A DNA stretch of 64,000 nucleotides from Eledone cirrhosa. Its lineage: Eukaryota. Every line of letters begins with the position of its first letter. The stretch's first letter is position 1. The translations under genes were made by a program, and so were the position numbers. The stretch is from the NCBI GenBank assembly GCA_964016885.1, contig OZ024740.1, positions 367,474,001-367,538,000 of the forward strand. Direction: 5' to 3'. A model generated the notes under the pieces. The model did no database searches and was not told the origin of the DNA. It worked only from the letters and a program-made list of their open reading frames with translations. Positions 42,870-57,114 of the stretch are shown piece after piece.

Positions 42870-43830
42870 CTCATAACTGACGCTGAACAAGATGTAATCC
42901 TCCATGCCCGTAAGACCTTACTACACCACGAGGGATCTTACTGGATCAACAAGAAGTCTCAGACCTCCTTTGACTTCAGCTTGGGAGCGAGTGATTCGGC
43001 TGAAATAAGCGACCTCGTAGGCCTGTACATTTTACATCACCTGAAGAACCTCTTTACTGGCCTCACCGGAGGTTTATCCCGAGACGATGGCCTCTTCGCC
43101 TTGCACAAGGTTAACCACAGAAACACTGATGGGTTTCGGAGAAACTTAAGTTCGTTCTTCATTAATCTAGGATTAAGTATAACCATTGAATCTAATATGA
43201 CTATGGCCAACTTTTTACATGTCACCCTCGACCTAGATACTTCCCTCTATTACCCGCCACAAACCGAACCAGTCCCTTATATATATTAATTTTAATTCTA
43301 ACCACCCCCAAAATATCACTGATAACTTAATAAAAAGCGTCTCAATTAGAATCTCTGGCCTCTCGGTCAATGAAGATATATTTAACGCCTCTGCCGCCTA
43401 CTACAATTACGCCCTCGCCCGCAGCGGATTTAAAGAAAAGATAACTTATCTAGAAACCACCGCAAGCCTACTTAGGAAGAATAGGCATAGGCAAATTAGT
43501 TGGTACAGCCCCCCACCCCCACCCCTTCAATAAAGAGGTCTCTACACCTATAGCTAGGACTTTCTTCACTTTGCTGAACACACACTTCCCCATACAACAT
43601 AGGTCTACACCATCTTCAACAAGAACACAATAAGACTATCCTACTGCACTACACCTAACCTAGGTAGGAATATAGCCAATCTCAATTCTAAAAAAATTAA
43701 ATAAGCCAACTACCTCCGAACCCAATCTCCGGATTGAAGCCTTGTGCAATTGCCTAATTAAGGAAGCCTGCCCACTTGAAAACGAATGCCTGACAAATGA
43801 CATCGTATGCAAATGTGATGTCATCTAAGG
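42870..43830 (+). pseudogene. YRDD-type PLE RT and start of GIY-YIG, decayed
   Basis: LGASDSAEISDLVGL, GGLSRDDG, NFNSNHP, ALARSGF, FNKNTIRLSY, CNCLIKEACPLENECL. Confidence 0.85.
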
Positions 43831-44320
43831 CACAAATACTGCGACCTTTGTATCTCAGAGAGCTACGAAATATTATTTGCCAATGGCCCGCTACTGAACC
43901 AACTCTCTGAACACTGCCCAAATTGTATGCACAACATCTTTGCAACTTTCAAATACCTTAAGCCACTGTTAATGCCAGATGGCTAAACAAGATTCCCTTT
44001 TTTAACCCCACTCGACAAAATACCCCCACCACTTACTTCCGACCCTACCCCTACCCCATCTAGACAGGAAACACGGCACTATGGTCATGTAAGTACTTAT
44101 TACCTATCTTCTCTTTCCGCATGTAGAGTGTACTTCATCTTAATAATGTATATATGTGTGTGTGTATTTTTGTATATTTATGACTGTATGTATGTACGTA
44201 TTTGTATGAGTTGCCGTACGGTTGTATCCGTATGAATGTATGTATGTATATATACATATATAGGTGTGTAGGTAGGTGTTTATATATTTTTATATTTTTA
44301 TATGTATATATATATGTGTG

Positions 44321-44387
<67 letters not shown>

Positions 44388-44469
44388 GTTGTGTGTGTAT
44401 GTGTTTTTATTTATATATGGGTGTATGTGTGTATATATGTGTATATATGTGTTTATTTTTTATTCTAGA

Positions 44470-45297
44470 TTATTCACGAATATTTTGGTATTCTAGAATA
44501 CCAAAACAACTCTTTTATTGAGAGTTAGTTAAAGGAAAACGACCGCCACATAAACCAAGAAAGAGGTATAAGGATTTTTTGAAAGCCTCTTTGAAAGACG
44601 CTAACATTTCTGCTGATACATGGGAAAATATTGCTTCTGATCGTAATAAATGGAGAAAGACTCTATATGAGGGAAAAGTTGCCTTTGAGATATCTCGAAT
44701 CGCATACGAGAAAGTAAAGCGGGATGTGAGGAAGGGCATTGCTGTTGCACTTCCAGACAGCGAGGGTCCTCCTATGGTGCTGACATGCAGCGTCTGTGCG
44801 AGACTCTACCTAAGCAAAGCTGGACTCAAAAGTCATCTTCGCAGTCATAAAGTAAGACCAGTGGTTGACTACCAGGCTGCTGTTGGAGATGCTACTCATC
44901 ATGCTGGCCAAGTATGTGGTAGAGAATGTAAATCAGCAGGGGGGGGGGGGGGCTCAAACGACATGCAAAAGTACATGAACTCCAATCACAGCCGCCTATT
45001 CCCAGTGAATGTTTTGGTTGCCGACTCTGTGCAAGACATTTTAGATCATTGGGTGGGCTAAAAAGCCACATTCGATCGCAGCGCAGTTAGTTGCTATCGT
45101 GTGTGTGTATATATATTTTTGTGTGTGCGTGTGTGTGTATATATATATATATGTATATTATTATTGCTGTTGTCCTTATTATTATTGTTGTTATTATTAT
45201 TATTATTATTGTTATTAATATATATATATATATATGTATATATATATTTTTTTTCTCGTGCAATGGCCATACTCGATAACGAGGGGGCAGCCATCAA
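44470..45297 (+). mobile_element. RTE-clade LINE 3' fragment with C-terminal C2H2 fingers
   Basis: SRIPKQLFY.ELVKGKR...RKRYKD.LK...WENIASDRNKWR, then CSVCARLYLSKAGLKSHLRSH. Confidence 0.75.
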
Positions 45298-45413
45298 ATG
45301 TGTTTATATGTGTATATAAATATATATATATATATATGTTTATATATGTGTGTGTATGTGTGTATATGTGTATGTATGTGTATGTATATATATGTGTATA
45401 TATATATATATGT

Positions 45414-45499
<86 letters not shown>

Positions 45500-45559
45500 T
45501 ATATATATATATATGTATATGTATATATGTATATATGTATATGTATATAAATATATATA

Positions 45560-46240
45560 TGTGTATATATTTGTATATGTGTATGTTTGTATGTACCATT
45601 ATGTATGTTTGTTTTGTGTGTGCCTGCCTGTGTGTGCGTGCGTGTATGTGTGTGTACGTGTGTAAGTGGGTGAGTGTGTGAATGTGCTTGTCGACACCTT
45701 GTTGAAGGATTTAAGAGAAACTTCACAATAAGGTGAATCACCCCAACACTTGAATCTGTTGATGGAACTCTTTCTGCCTTTGTCACCCTTATTCCAGCCT
45801 TAAAGAATTAGCTTCTAAATAATTTCCCTTTTCATTAAACCATTGAACCCCACCCATCCTGTAGACACCTGTCTTACAGGCATTGTTAGTCTAAGTGATA
45901 AACTAGGATTGGTATTCCAAATATGATTTGGTTTACAGTATTCTTCCTGCCTTTGTTAATACTATAGCTTTAAAGAATGAGCTTTTAATGAACACCCTTT
46001 TCTTTAAATCCTTCAACCAATGACCTCCACCCATCCCAATCCCCACCCTCTCCTACCACCAGAAAAGAAAAGATATAAATACCACTACTTACTTGGACAG
46101 CCAGCTCTCTTATGATTTCTCACGAATGAAACAGTTCTAGTTCTGTAGAAGCTCCTCTATATTAAAACTTTTACACTCTACTATGTATTGAGTACCTTAT
46201 TTACTGTGGTTGCCTCCGATTTAATCCGGAATAAATTATA
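45560..46240 (+). repeat. Inverted homolog of 36164-36760 with a mutated HHR at 46103-46153; ends at (TA)n
   Basis: Direct alignment; the core reads CTTATGA. Confidence 0.85.
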
Positions 46241-48518
46241 TATATACACACACACACACACATATATAAATATATATATATATATATTTATATATATACA
46301 TACTTATATATATATATATATATGTTTGTATATATTTTCATGTACATATATCTATATTTTATTGATTATTTTTGTCCTCCCTCTTTGTGTATTGATCATT
46401 CAGAATCACTCAGATATTTTTTGTATATTTTGAGTATATTTCGAGTTGTTTTAATGTCACATTAATATTCTATATTATGAAAACCGCCTTGTTTTCTGAA
46501 TTGTCTCAAAACATTTCAAGAGAGAAATAACCATGTTAACTTAATGCAGTTAATGTTAACAATTTTATTTAGAGACAAAATCATTGATGTATATTGATCT
46601 GTATTAATATAATAACCCAATTTTATCGGATTAGTGTAATCAGCTTGATTGTTATAATGTTTCAGCCGGCGTGCTCTGCTTTGTGCTTTAGATGTACGCT
46701 TTATTAGGTAAACTCTCCGACATTTCCACATAAACACTGTATTCAAATGAGAAAAGTACAATGTTCTCATTTCGTTTTCCATACTCGGATTATTATCGTC
46801 TTAGTTATTATTTACGAGTGAATTCGCTTTACCCATTTTTCTGATACTATAGTGTATGATGCATAAACTAATTGAGGGTTTAAATTCACACTCAGTAGTT
46901 GTCATTAGACTAATTGATTTAAGGCTATATAGCATATTCATTATTAGGGATGTGCAAAGTCCTTAGATGCTGGGAAGGAGTTAATGTATAGATATATACT
47001 CTAGTTTAAGTGACATCGCTAATGAATAATACGATGAGATCTTGCGGAAACACAAACCAACCTCGTTTTTTTTTAAATAAACGATTCCAGCATAAATTCC
47101 GAGAATGTTTCTGAATACAACAGGCGCCTGAATGAAGCTGGAAAGAACAATGGTGGAGTTCGTGGAAATTTAATAATCCATATATGAGGAAATAATTGAG
47201 TAAAAATTGTATGGAAATCATAAATTCTCGTCACATAGGTTCTAACAATATTCAGTATTTAATTATTTTCAGTTTATTTATTTCTAATTACTTCAGGAAA
47301 ATGAGAGAAAGAATCAAGTTTACCAATTTCAAATAACTCAAAGAATCTAAACTATAATAAAGTAAGGTCTGCGGGACTGCGTACGGTTTATTTTTTTTTT
47401 ATCCCGTTTGTAAAATAAATTGGATTACTTTGAATAAATAATGAATTAATATTACATAATGAATTTACATAATTTATCTACTAAATTTCGTAAACAAAAA
47501 TAATTCTGTAAAAATAAATAATTTAAAATTGATTTCTTTTCAAAGTAGCACTTCCGGTATATCGTTGCCACCACCACCACTTCAACTACCATATATATAT
47601 ATAGAAAGAGAGAGTGTGTCTTGGCAACACTTCCGGTGGCGGTCGCTTAAATAAACATACTAATTTATCCTAATGCAGTTTATATATAATATCTTCTTTT
47701 TTTAATGTTTCACGGATTACGTTACTGATTACATAAGACAATGTAACACAGTCTTGTTTAAATTTCTGTGTATATTGTAAATTACGATTTTATTTGATCA
47801 TATCTACATGTACATATACTTGCGTATAACATCAATATACACACTACACATGCTAGCAGAATACCACACGAAGGATGCTTTTTCTGCTAGTAAACATAAT
47901 ATTCGATTACTGAGCGTAGAGCAAGCAATTATATAAAAAAATCAACATATTTATACATGGATTCTTTTTACCGTGCAAAATTAAAGGTTGTGGTGCAATT
48001 CTTACGTCACAACTATTTACACAGTTATTAATTATTTTTCTTATACAGTTATAGTAATATTTATTGTACGAATTGCAGTAGGGGAAATTATCTAAAAGTC
48101 CGCAGTTAGTACGTTCCAGAGCTAGCAAGCAGAGAGAAAAACAATCTACTATTATTTCGGGGTTATTAATCCCTATCAAGATTTTGTGTTTTTCTCTCTT
48201 CTGAAACACACTGGAACTCTTGAATATATGTAGTATTCTCTAAATTATACATCGGCTGATTAGTCTATTTTGCATACCGAGCGATTTTCAGGCTGGCTTG
48301 GCCGAAGTTTAAAATCAATTTATTTTTCCTTCTAGCGTAGCGGATACGTAAAGGCATTCGTAAGTGAATAATAATAATATAACCCCGAAACAATTGTGGA
48401 TTGTTTTATCTCAGTGTTACTGCAGGAACAAAAGTTTGACGTTAGTCTTCTTCAAAACACTTGCGATATGAGGCTGCTTACTTGGAAACAACTCTCATAT
48501 TAATAATATTATTATAAT

Positions 48519-48702
48519 AGGGTGGTGGATGGGCAGTATCGGTAGAGGGTCGGACGCCATGCTTTGCAGCAAAGAGTTACGGCCGTTTATGGGCAAATCC
48601 TGCCGAGGTTAACTTTGCCTTTCATCCTTACGAGGTCGATAAAATAAAGTACCAGTAATACACTGGAATAATTGCTGGCCTTGTGCCAAAAGTACAAACA
48701 AT
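48519..48702 (+). mobile_element. tRNA-derived SINE
   Basis: Same family as 4885-5071; probable TSD ataatattattat. Confidence 0.8.
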
Positions 48703-48799
48703 TATAATATTATTATCATTCACTCACGTATACATTTACGTATCTGCTACAATAGAGCGAGCACGAATTTTGTTTATATATATATATATAAGTAAATAT

Positions 48800-51700
48800 A
48801 TATATAACGGCGATGAATTAGTTTTGCGAGGTTTTTTATATGAAATCGTGTGTCGAAACAGATATTGTTATATTTGGGGAGGGTCATATTTGCTTAATAT
48901 TGTCAGAATTAATAACAGAACACACTCACTGTTTGGTTGGTTTTCGCTTCTCGCTGTCTTTTATATATATATATCTGCGATCTAACTTACTCGGTCCTCA
49001 ATGTTGCCATTGACTGACCGGCGGTCAAAAATAATACAGATACAATATAGACACAAACACATATATATAGTTTACATAATTTACATAAATCTTTCGTTGC
49101 ACATCTGCAACATCGTCAGTGGTGTTATATTCATTGTTCCTCCTGTTGTGTTGTATGTCTACGCCATTTTTTTTTTGTTCAGTCTGTCTATATATTTATT
49201 TATTTATTTGCTTGTTTGTTTATCTTATTTTATTTTGTCTTCTTTGCGCATGCGTTTGCGTGTGTGTATAGTGTTATGTGTGATGTGTGACTAGTGTGTA
49301 TAGTGTTGTGTCTGCTGGGTGACTAGTGTGTGTTTATGTGCTTGTGTATGTATTTATTTATCTTATTTTATTTAATTTTATTTACTTATTTATACTTCTC
49401 TTAGGTCAGTGTTGTTTGTTTGGGTGTTGTTGTTGTTCCACTCATTCTTTCTGTTTAGCTTTGGTCTTCTAATTTCTATTTCACTGGCCTCTCTGATTTG
49501 CCTATCTGCTGGGTCATTCCTATGTTTAGATATTATTCTAATTTCTATGTTGTCTATGTTACCGTCATGTTGTTGTCTAGCATGTTCGTATAGTACTGAC
49601 CCGTTTTTTCGTCCTTTTAGTTCCCCCCAGTGTTGGTCTATCCTTTCACCTATGCTACGAGCTGTCTCACCTATGTATGTTGTTGTCATGTTTCTGCAAG
49701 TACCCTCTATACATCTTATGCTATAGACTACGTTTCTAGTTTTACAGTTTATCCGGGGGTTCACCTTACAAATGATACATTTCCTATTGGTACAGTGGGT
49801 TTTCTTAAAAGGGTAGGTTTTGCTGATCAGGGATTTTATGGTGGTTCCTGGCTTTTCTACCACCTTTATTTTTAAGTGGGTCTTTCTCAGGGCCTTTCTA
49901 CACTGGTTAGCTAATTTCCCTCCAGGGGTGGCGTCCACAAACATGACACTCTGATATCTCTGGTTGTCGTACCATGATGTGGCCTTCCCTATCTTATGTC
50001 TAGCCCTATCTAAGCTATTCCATGATTTGCTCCTGTATAGTGGGCAAATTCCTTTCATGTCCAGTTCTATGAGGGTCTTATACTTTTCCATGGCTCCTTC
50101 GTATACTCTGACTCTGTCTCTTTGGTTGTAGCCAGAGAACTTCATGCGGTTGATGAAGTGTTGGATGTGTCCTTCCATTTCTGTTGGGTCGCACATGCTG
50201 GACACATTCTTCATCACTCGTACCAAATCTGCGATCAGAATATTAAATTTAGCGCTACTGGACATTGCTGAGTTTTTGAGTATCAGGTATTTGGAGGCCA
50301 TGGGTTTAGCATAGTGTGAGTGGAGAATTTGGGCTCTCTCGTCTATAGTGTTAATCCAGAGTTCTGTGTCTAATACAGGTAGTCTATTGTTAGGGTGTTT
50401 GGAAGGGAAGTCTATAGTTACAGTTATACTCTGGTGTATGGAATTAGCTATCTGCTGGATGCTTTCCATCGTGCTACGTTCTAAATCAAACTTGTTAGTG
50501 CTCTCTAGTGGGGGTGTTCTTATAACTATATTGATATCGTCTACATAACGAGAGTACATCATGAGGTCTATGGAGCCTTCATTAAGGAGATCTTTAAGTC
50601 TCCTTTCCCACCATACCATGAAAAGGTTGGCAACATCACCAGCTATGGTGACGCCGATGGCTGCTCCTTCATTTTGGGTGTAGATTTTCTCATTGAACTT
50701 AAATATGTGGCCCTTTAGGGTAGTTTTGATACTAGCCCCTATTGCATGTGCGACCATTTTTCTTACCTGATCAGTGTTTTGGGGGGTCCGTATAGCTTTG
50801 GTCCACCCAATCCACCTTCCTATGGGAGTCTTTTTAGCCATTGAGGTTATGGTGGGGGGTCTACCTCTTATAGGTCTACTAGGGCAGAAACATCTAAGGT
50901 CATAGCTGTCTAGGTAGTCAGTGTCGTAGGTAAGTCTAAGTAGGAGGCCCAGTTCGTCTGTGTCGACGTCGCAGAACTCCACCTCACTCTCAATGATCAT
51001 CTCCACACATCTTTTCACAGCAAAATCAATGTTAATGGATGGGTACAGTGACACCACACCCATGCTGCCTATTATGCAGTTGGATAGGCTCCTGTTTTTG
51101 TTGCACTCACTGATTCTGCTGAGGAGGTCCTCTGTACTTTCACATACATCTGGGGACATCTTGTTTATGGGGCGTATAACCATTGAGAGGAAGTAGGAGA
51201 TCCTGTAGTTGCTAGCTATATTAGCTCCGCATACGGGTCTTGTTGGTGGTCCTGTTGTCGAGTCGTCGACTGTCTTGTGGTCTTTGCGGAGCCCATACAA
51301 GGGTGGTATGCCATTGTTAGACGCCTGGAAGTTGTTGGCAGTGCGTCTGCTTGGCTTTAGGATGTCAGTCCACATCATCATGTGAGCGTTGAGGATTTTT
51401 TCTCTCCCAATCGTGTGTTAGTTGTGCAACTTCGCTCGTGTTGGTGATGTGGGGTTGCATTGCCTCGATGTAGTTCGGCATGCTATCTATTGACATCCTA
51501 CCAGACTTATCTGTGGGTAGACACACTACCTCACCATCCCTTGTGCGCTGCTTGAGGCTAACCAAGCCTTCTACAGGTTTTATCCCAAGTTGTTGGGCCT
51601 CTGGTCTGCTCTGTCTCATAGTGTACCTGTCTACTACTTGTCTAATCTTATTTCTAGCTATGGTGAACTGTGCCTCCGTCTCGTCATCTATTTGCTGTGG

Positions 51701-52885
51701 TATGCAAACTCTTTTATTAAAGGGTAACCTCGTAGGATAGATATTACCCATCTTATATGTTTTGTCAGCTGGGTTGAAAAATAGTTTCTCTAAGGGGTTG
51801 TCGTTATTTCTATCGTCATAGTTGTGTGTGTTGCTATTATTGTTATCATAGTGGTTGTTGTTGTTTCTATCATTAGCATTAATATTATTATTGTTATGGT
51901 TGCTAGATGTATTGTTGTTTACTTCACCGTTATTCTTGTTGTTGTTACTGCTATTTCTACCATTGTGGTTGTTACTATTATTATGTTTCTTGTTTTTGTT
52001 GATGTTGCTACATGTACTATTTCCATTATTACCACTGTGGTTATTGTTGTTGTTGTTGTTCGTATTGTTACCGTTATTACTACTGTGGTCACTGTTGCTG
52101 TGTCTGTGGTTAACGTTTCTATTATTATTATTATTGTGGTTGTTGTTGTTCTGTCTATCGCTAGTATTATTGCCATTATCACTATTTCTCACTTTCCTGC
52201 CATTGTTATGGTTATGGCTGTTATTTCTATACCCAGAGTTATTGTTTATATTACTACTACCGTTATTATTGTTGTTGTTGTTTACCTTTGCATTCCAACG
52301 TATTTTTGTGAAACACTTTTCCAGCTCCGTTTTGCATTCCATAGGGTTAATCTTTTTGTAGATGGCAAATTTTGGTGGTAGCTTTAGGATTTGTTGTTCT
52401 TGTTCACTGATTAAAGTGTTCCCATAGATATTTACTGTGTGGTCATTGGTAAATTCTTCCGGTAGTTTTACATCACTCATACGGATGTTGTCGATGTTAT
52501 CTGGGTATTTTTGAGAATATTCGATTTTCCTTTCTTGTAGTTTTTTCTTATTCATCCATTCTAATTTCTACTTGAAATGCCTACAGCATTCGTTTTGAGC
52601 ATATTTCGTTTCGCGTCGTAAAACGCTCATGAAGTCATCTCTCTCGTTTGCTGTGATGAGATTTCGGATTTCCTTACCGTTGATGCGTTTTTTTCTGTAG
52701 AGTGCGTTGACTTTTGTGTATGTTGTTCTTTTCATATTAACTGTTATTGTGTGTTTTAGCCGTTCAGCTTGTGTTTTGTTCAATAATAAATTATTTACTT
52801 GTTTTGATATGTTTGTTGTGTATGTTTTGGAGGAAACACAGTGTTTTAAGAAGCGGATTTGTTCTGTTGTTATTGTAGTTTTTAT
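48800..52885 (-). mobile_element. PLE (YVDD-type), left arm of the giant palindrome
   Basis: ORFs 52568-52783, 51365-52555 and 49390-51381 (LYGLRKDHK, TRPVCGA, RYVDD, YIGETARS); 3' UTR with an HHR-like motif at 49083-49125. Confidence 0.93.
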
Positions 52886-52923
52886 ATATCTATGGGAACA
52901 CTTTAATCAGTGGGAACACTTAT

Positions 52924-55900
52924 ATATCTATGGGAACACTTTAATCAGTGAACAAGAACAACAAATCCTAAAGTTACCACTAAAATTTGCCATCTACAAA
53001 AAGATTAACCCTATGGAATGCAAAACGGAGCTGGAAAAGTGTTTCACAAAAATACGTTGGAATGCAAAGGTAAACAACAACAACAATAATAACGGTAGTA
53101 GTAATATAAACAATAACTCTGGGTATAGAAATAACAGCCATAACCATAACAATGGCAGGAAAGTGAGAAATAGTGATAATGGCAATAATACTAGCGATAG
53201 ACAGAACAACAACAACCACAATAATAATAATAATAGAAACGTTAACCACAGACACAGCAACAGTGACCACAGTAGTAATAACGGTAACAATACGAACAAC
53301 AACAACAACAATAACCACAGTGGTAATAATGGAAATAGTACATGTAGCAACATCAACAAAAACAAGAAACATAATAATAGTAACAACCACAATGGTAGAA
53401 ATAGCAGTAACAACAACAACAATATCGGTGAAGTAAATAACAATACATCTAGCAACCATAACAATAATAATATTAATGCTAATGATAGAAACAACAACAA
53501 CCACCATGATAACAATAATAGCAACACACACAACTATGACGATAGAAATAACGACAACCCCTTAGAGAAACTATTTTTTAACCCAGCTGACAAAACATAT
53601 AAGATGGGTAATATCTATCCTACGAGGTTACCCTTTAATAAAAGAGTTTGCATACCACAGCAAATAGATGACGAGACGGAGGCACAGTTCACCATAGCTA
53701 TAAATAAGATTAGACAAGTAGTAGACAGGTACACTATGAGACAGAGCAGACCAGAGGCCCAACAACTTGGGATAAAACCTGTAGAAGGCTTGGTTAGCCT
53801 CAAGCAGCGCACAAGGGATGGTGAGGTAGTGTGTCTACCCACAGATAAGTCTGGTAGGATGTCAATAGATAGCATGCCGAACTACATCGAGGCAATGCAA
53901 CCCCACATCACCAACACGAGCGAAGTTGCACAACTAACACACGATGGGAGAGAAAAAATCCTCAACGCTCACATGATGATGTGGACTGACATCCTAAAGC
54001 CAAGCAGACGCACTGCCAACAACTTCCAGGCGTCTAACAATGGCATACCACCGTTGTATGGGCTCCGCAAAGACCACAAGACAGTCGACGACCCGACAAC
54101 AGGACCACCAACAAGACCCGTATGCGGAGCTAATATAGCTAGCAACTACAGGATCTCCCACTTCCTCTCAATGGTTATACGCCCCATAATCAAGATGTCC
54201 CCAGATGTATGTGAAAGTACAGAGGACCTCCTCAGCAGAATCAGTGAGTGCAACAAAAACAGGAGCCTATCCAACTGCATAATAGGCAGCATGGATGTGG
54301 TGTCACTGTACCCATCCATTAACATTGATTTTGCTGTGAAAAGATGTGTGGAGATGATCATTGAGAGTGAGGTGGAGTTCTGCGACGTCGACACAGACGA
54401 ACTGGGCCTCCTACTTAGACTTACCTACGACACTGACTACCTAGACAGCCATGACGTTAGATGTTTCTGCCCTAGTAGACCTATAAGAGGTAGACCCCCC
54501 ACCATAACCTCAATGGCTAAAAAGACTGCCATAGGAAGGTGGATTGGGTGGACCAAAGCTATACGGACCCCCTAAAACACTGATCAGGTAAGAAAAATGG
54601 TCGCACATGCAATAGGGGCTAGTATCAAAACTACCCTAAAGGGCCACATATTTAAGTTCAATGAGAAAATCTACACCCAAAATTAGGGAGCAGCCATCGG
54701 CGTCAGCATAGCTGGTGATGTTGCCAACCTTTTCATGGTATGGTGGGAAAGGAGACTTAAAGATCTCCTTAATGAAAGCTCCATAGACCTCATGATGTAC
54801 TCTCGTTATGTAGACGATATCAATATAGTTATAAGAATACCCCCACTAGAGAGCACTAACAAGTTTGATTTAGAACGTAGCACGATGGAAAGCATCCAGC
54901 AGATAGCTAATTCCATACACCAGAGTATAACTGTAACTATAGACTTCCCTTCCAAACACCCTAACAATAGACTACCTGTATTAGACACAGAACTCTGGAT
55001 TAACACTATAGACGAGAGAGCCCAAATTCTCCACTCACACTATGCTAAACCCATGGCCTCCAAATACCTGATACTCAAAAACTCAGCAATGTCCAGTAGT
55101 GCTAAGTTTAATATTCTGATCGCAGATTTGGTACGAGTGATGAAGAATGTGTCCAGCATGTGCGACCCAACAGAAATGGAAGGACACATCCAACACTTCA
55201 TCAACCGCATGCAGTTCTCTGGCTACAACCAAAGAGACAGAGTCAGAGTATACGAAGGAGCCATGGAAAAGTATAAGACCCTCATAGAACTGGACATGAA
55301 AGGAATTTGCCCACTATACAGGAGCAAATCATGGAATAGCTTAGATAGGGCTAGACATAAGATAGGGAAGGCCACATCATGGTACGACAACCAGAGATAT
55401 CAGAGTGTCATGTTTGTGGACGCCACCCCTGGAGGGAAATTAGCTAACCAGTGTAGAAAGGCCCTGAGAAAGACCCACTTAAAAATAAAGGTGGTAGAAA
55501 AGCCAGGAACCACCATAAAATCCCTGATCAGCAAAACCTACCCTTTTAAGAAAACCCACTGTACCAATAGGAAATGTATCATTTGTAAGGTGAACCCCCG
55601 GATAAACTGTAAAACTAGAAACGTAGTCTATAGCATAAGATGTACAGAGGGTACTTGCAGAAACATGACAACAACATACATAGGTGAGACAGCTCGTAGC
55701 ATAGGTGAAAGGATAGACCAACACTGGGGGGAACTAAAAGGACGAAAAAACGGGTCAGTACTATACGAACATGCTAAACAACAACATGACGGTAACATAG
55801 ACAACATAGAAATTAGAATAATATCTAAACATAGGAATGACCCAGCAGATAGGCAAATCAGAGAGGCCAGTGAAATAGAAATTAGAAGACCAAAGCTAAA

Positions 55901-56490
55901 CAGAAAGAATGAGTGGAACAACAACAACACCCAAACAAACAACACTGACCTAAGAGAAGTATAAATAAGTAAATAAAATAAAATAAAATAAGATAAATAA
56001 ATACATACACAAGCACATAAACACACACTAGTCACCCAGCAGACACAACACTATACACACTAGTCACACATCACACATAACACTATACACACACGCAAAC
56101 GCATGCGCAAAGAAGACAAAATAAAATAAGATAAACAAACAAACAAATAAATAAATAAATATATATACAGACTGAACAAAAAAAAAATGGCGTAGACATA
56201 CAACACAACAGGAGGAACAATGAATATAACACCACTGACGATGTTGCAGATGTGCAACGAAAGATTTATGTAAATTATGTAAACTATATATATGTGTTTG
56301 TGTCTATATTGTATCTGTATTATTTTTGACCGCCGGTCAGTCAATGGCAACATTGAAGACCGAGTAAGTTAGATCGCAGATATATATATATATAAAAGAC
56401 AGCGAGAAGCGAAAACCAACCAAACAGTGAGTGTGTTCTGTTATTAATTCTGGCAATATTACGCAAATATGACCCTCCCCAAATATAACA

Positions 56491-56495
<5 letters not shown>
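52924..56495 (+). mobile_element. PLE (YVDD-type), right arm of the giant palindrome
   Basis: ORFs ending 54575 and 54735-55964 are near-identical to the left arm; HHR-like motif CTGACGA-t-gttgca-gatg-tgcaac-GAAA at 56235-56262; ends at (TA)n. Confidence 0.93.
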
Positions 56496-56589
<94 letters not shown>

Positions 56590-56694
56590 TATATATAGAT
56601 ATATACATATATATGTATATATACATGTATATATACTTATACATACATTATACTGTACCGATTGTGTTGTTATTTCTGTTTACCTTTACATATT

Positions 56695-56798
<104 letters not shown>

Positions 56799-56876
56799 CA
56801 CACCTATATATACATAAATACATAAAAGAAATGAATACAAGGAGTTTAAAACCGTTAGAACATCTTTATATAACAG

Positions 56877-56920
56877 TGCGCATACGTGTGTTTCGCCCGG
56901 ACTGGGCTTATCAAGGGCAT
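56877..56920 (-). ncRNA. Decayed hammerhead motif
   Basis: TTGATAA-gccc-agtcc-gggc-GAAA-cacacg-TA; helix II intact, core mutated. Confidence 0.45.
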
Positions 56921-57114
56921 GGAAAACAGAAAAATGACCAATACAGGACCCAGGAGGGGTTTCACGGTTAAATTAATATCAGAGTTCATTCTTCTCCTCC
57001 GTGTATGTGTTGTTACTATCGCAGATCAGGGTCATATAAATATAAATATATGCATACATAAATACATACATGGATACATATATATACATACATACATATT
57101 TATATGCATATATA

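Noticed and set aside
52707-52923. Hydrophobic N-terminus of the 622-aa ORF as a signal or membrane domain
   Set aside because: It is the antisense of the left element read through the inversion junction.
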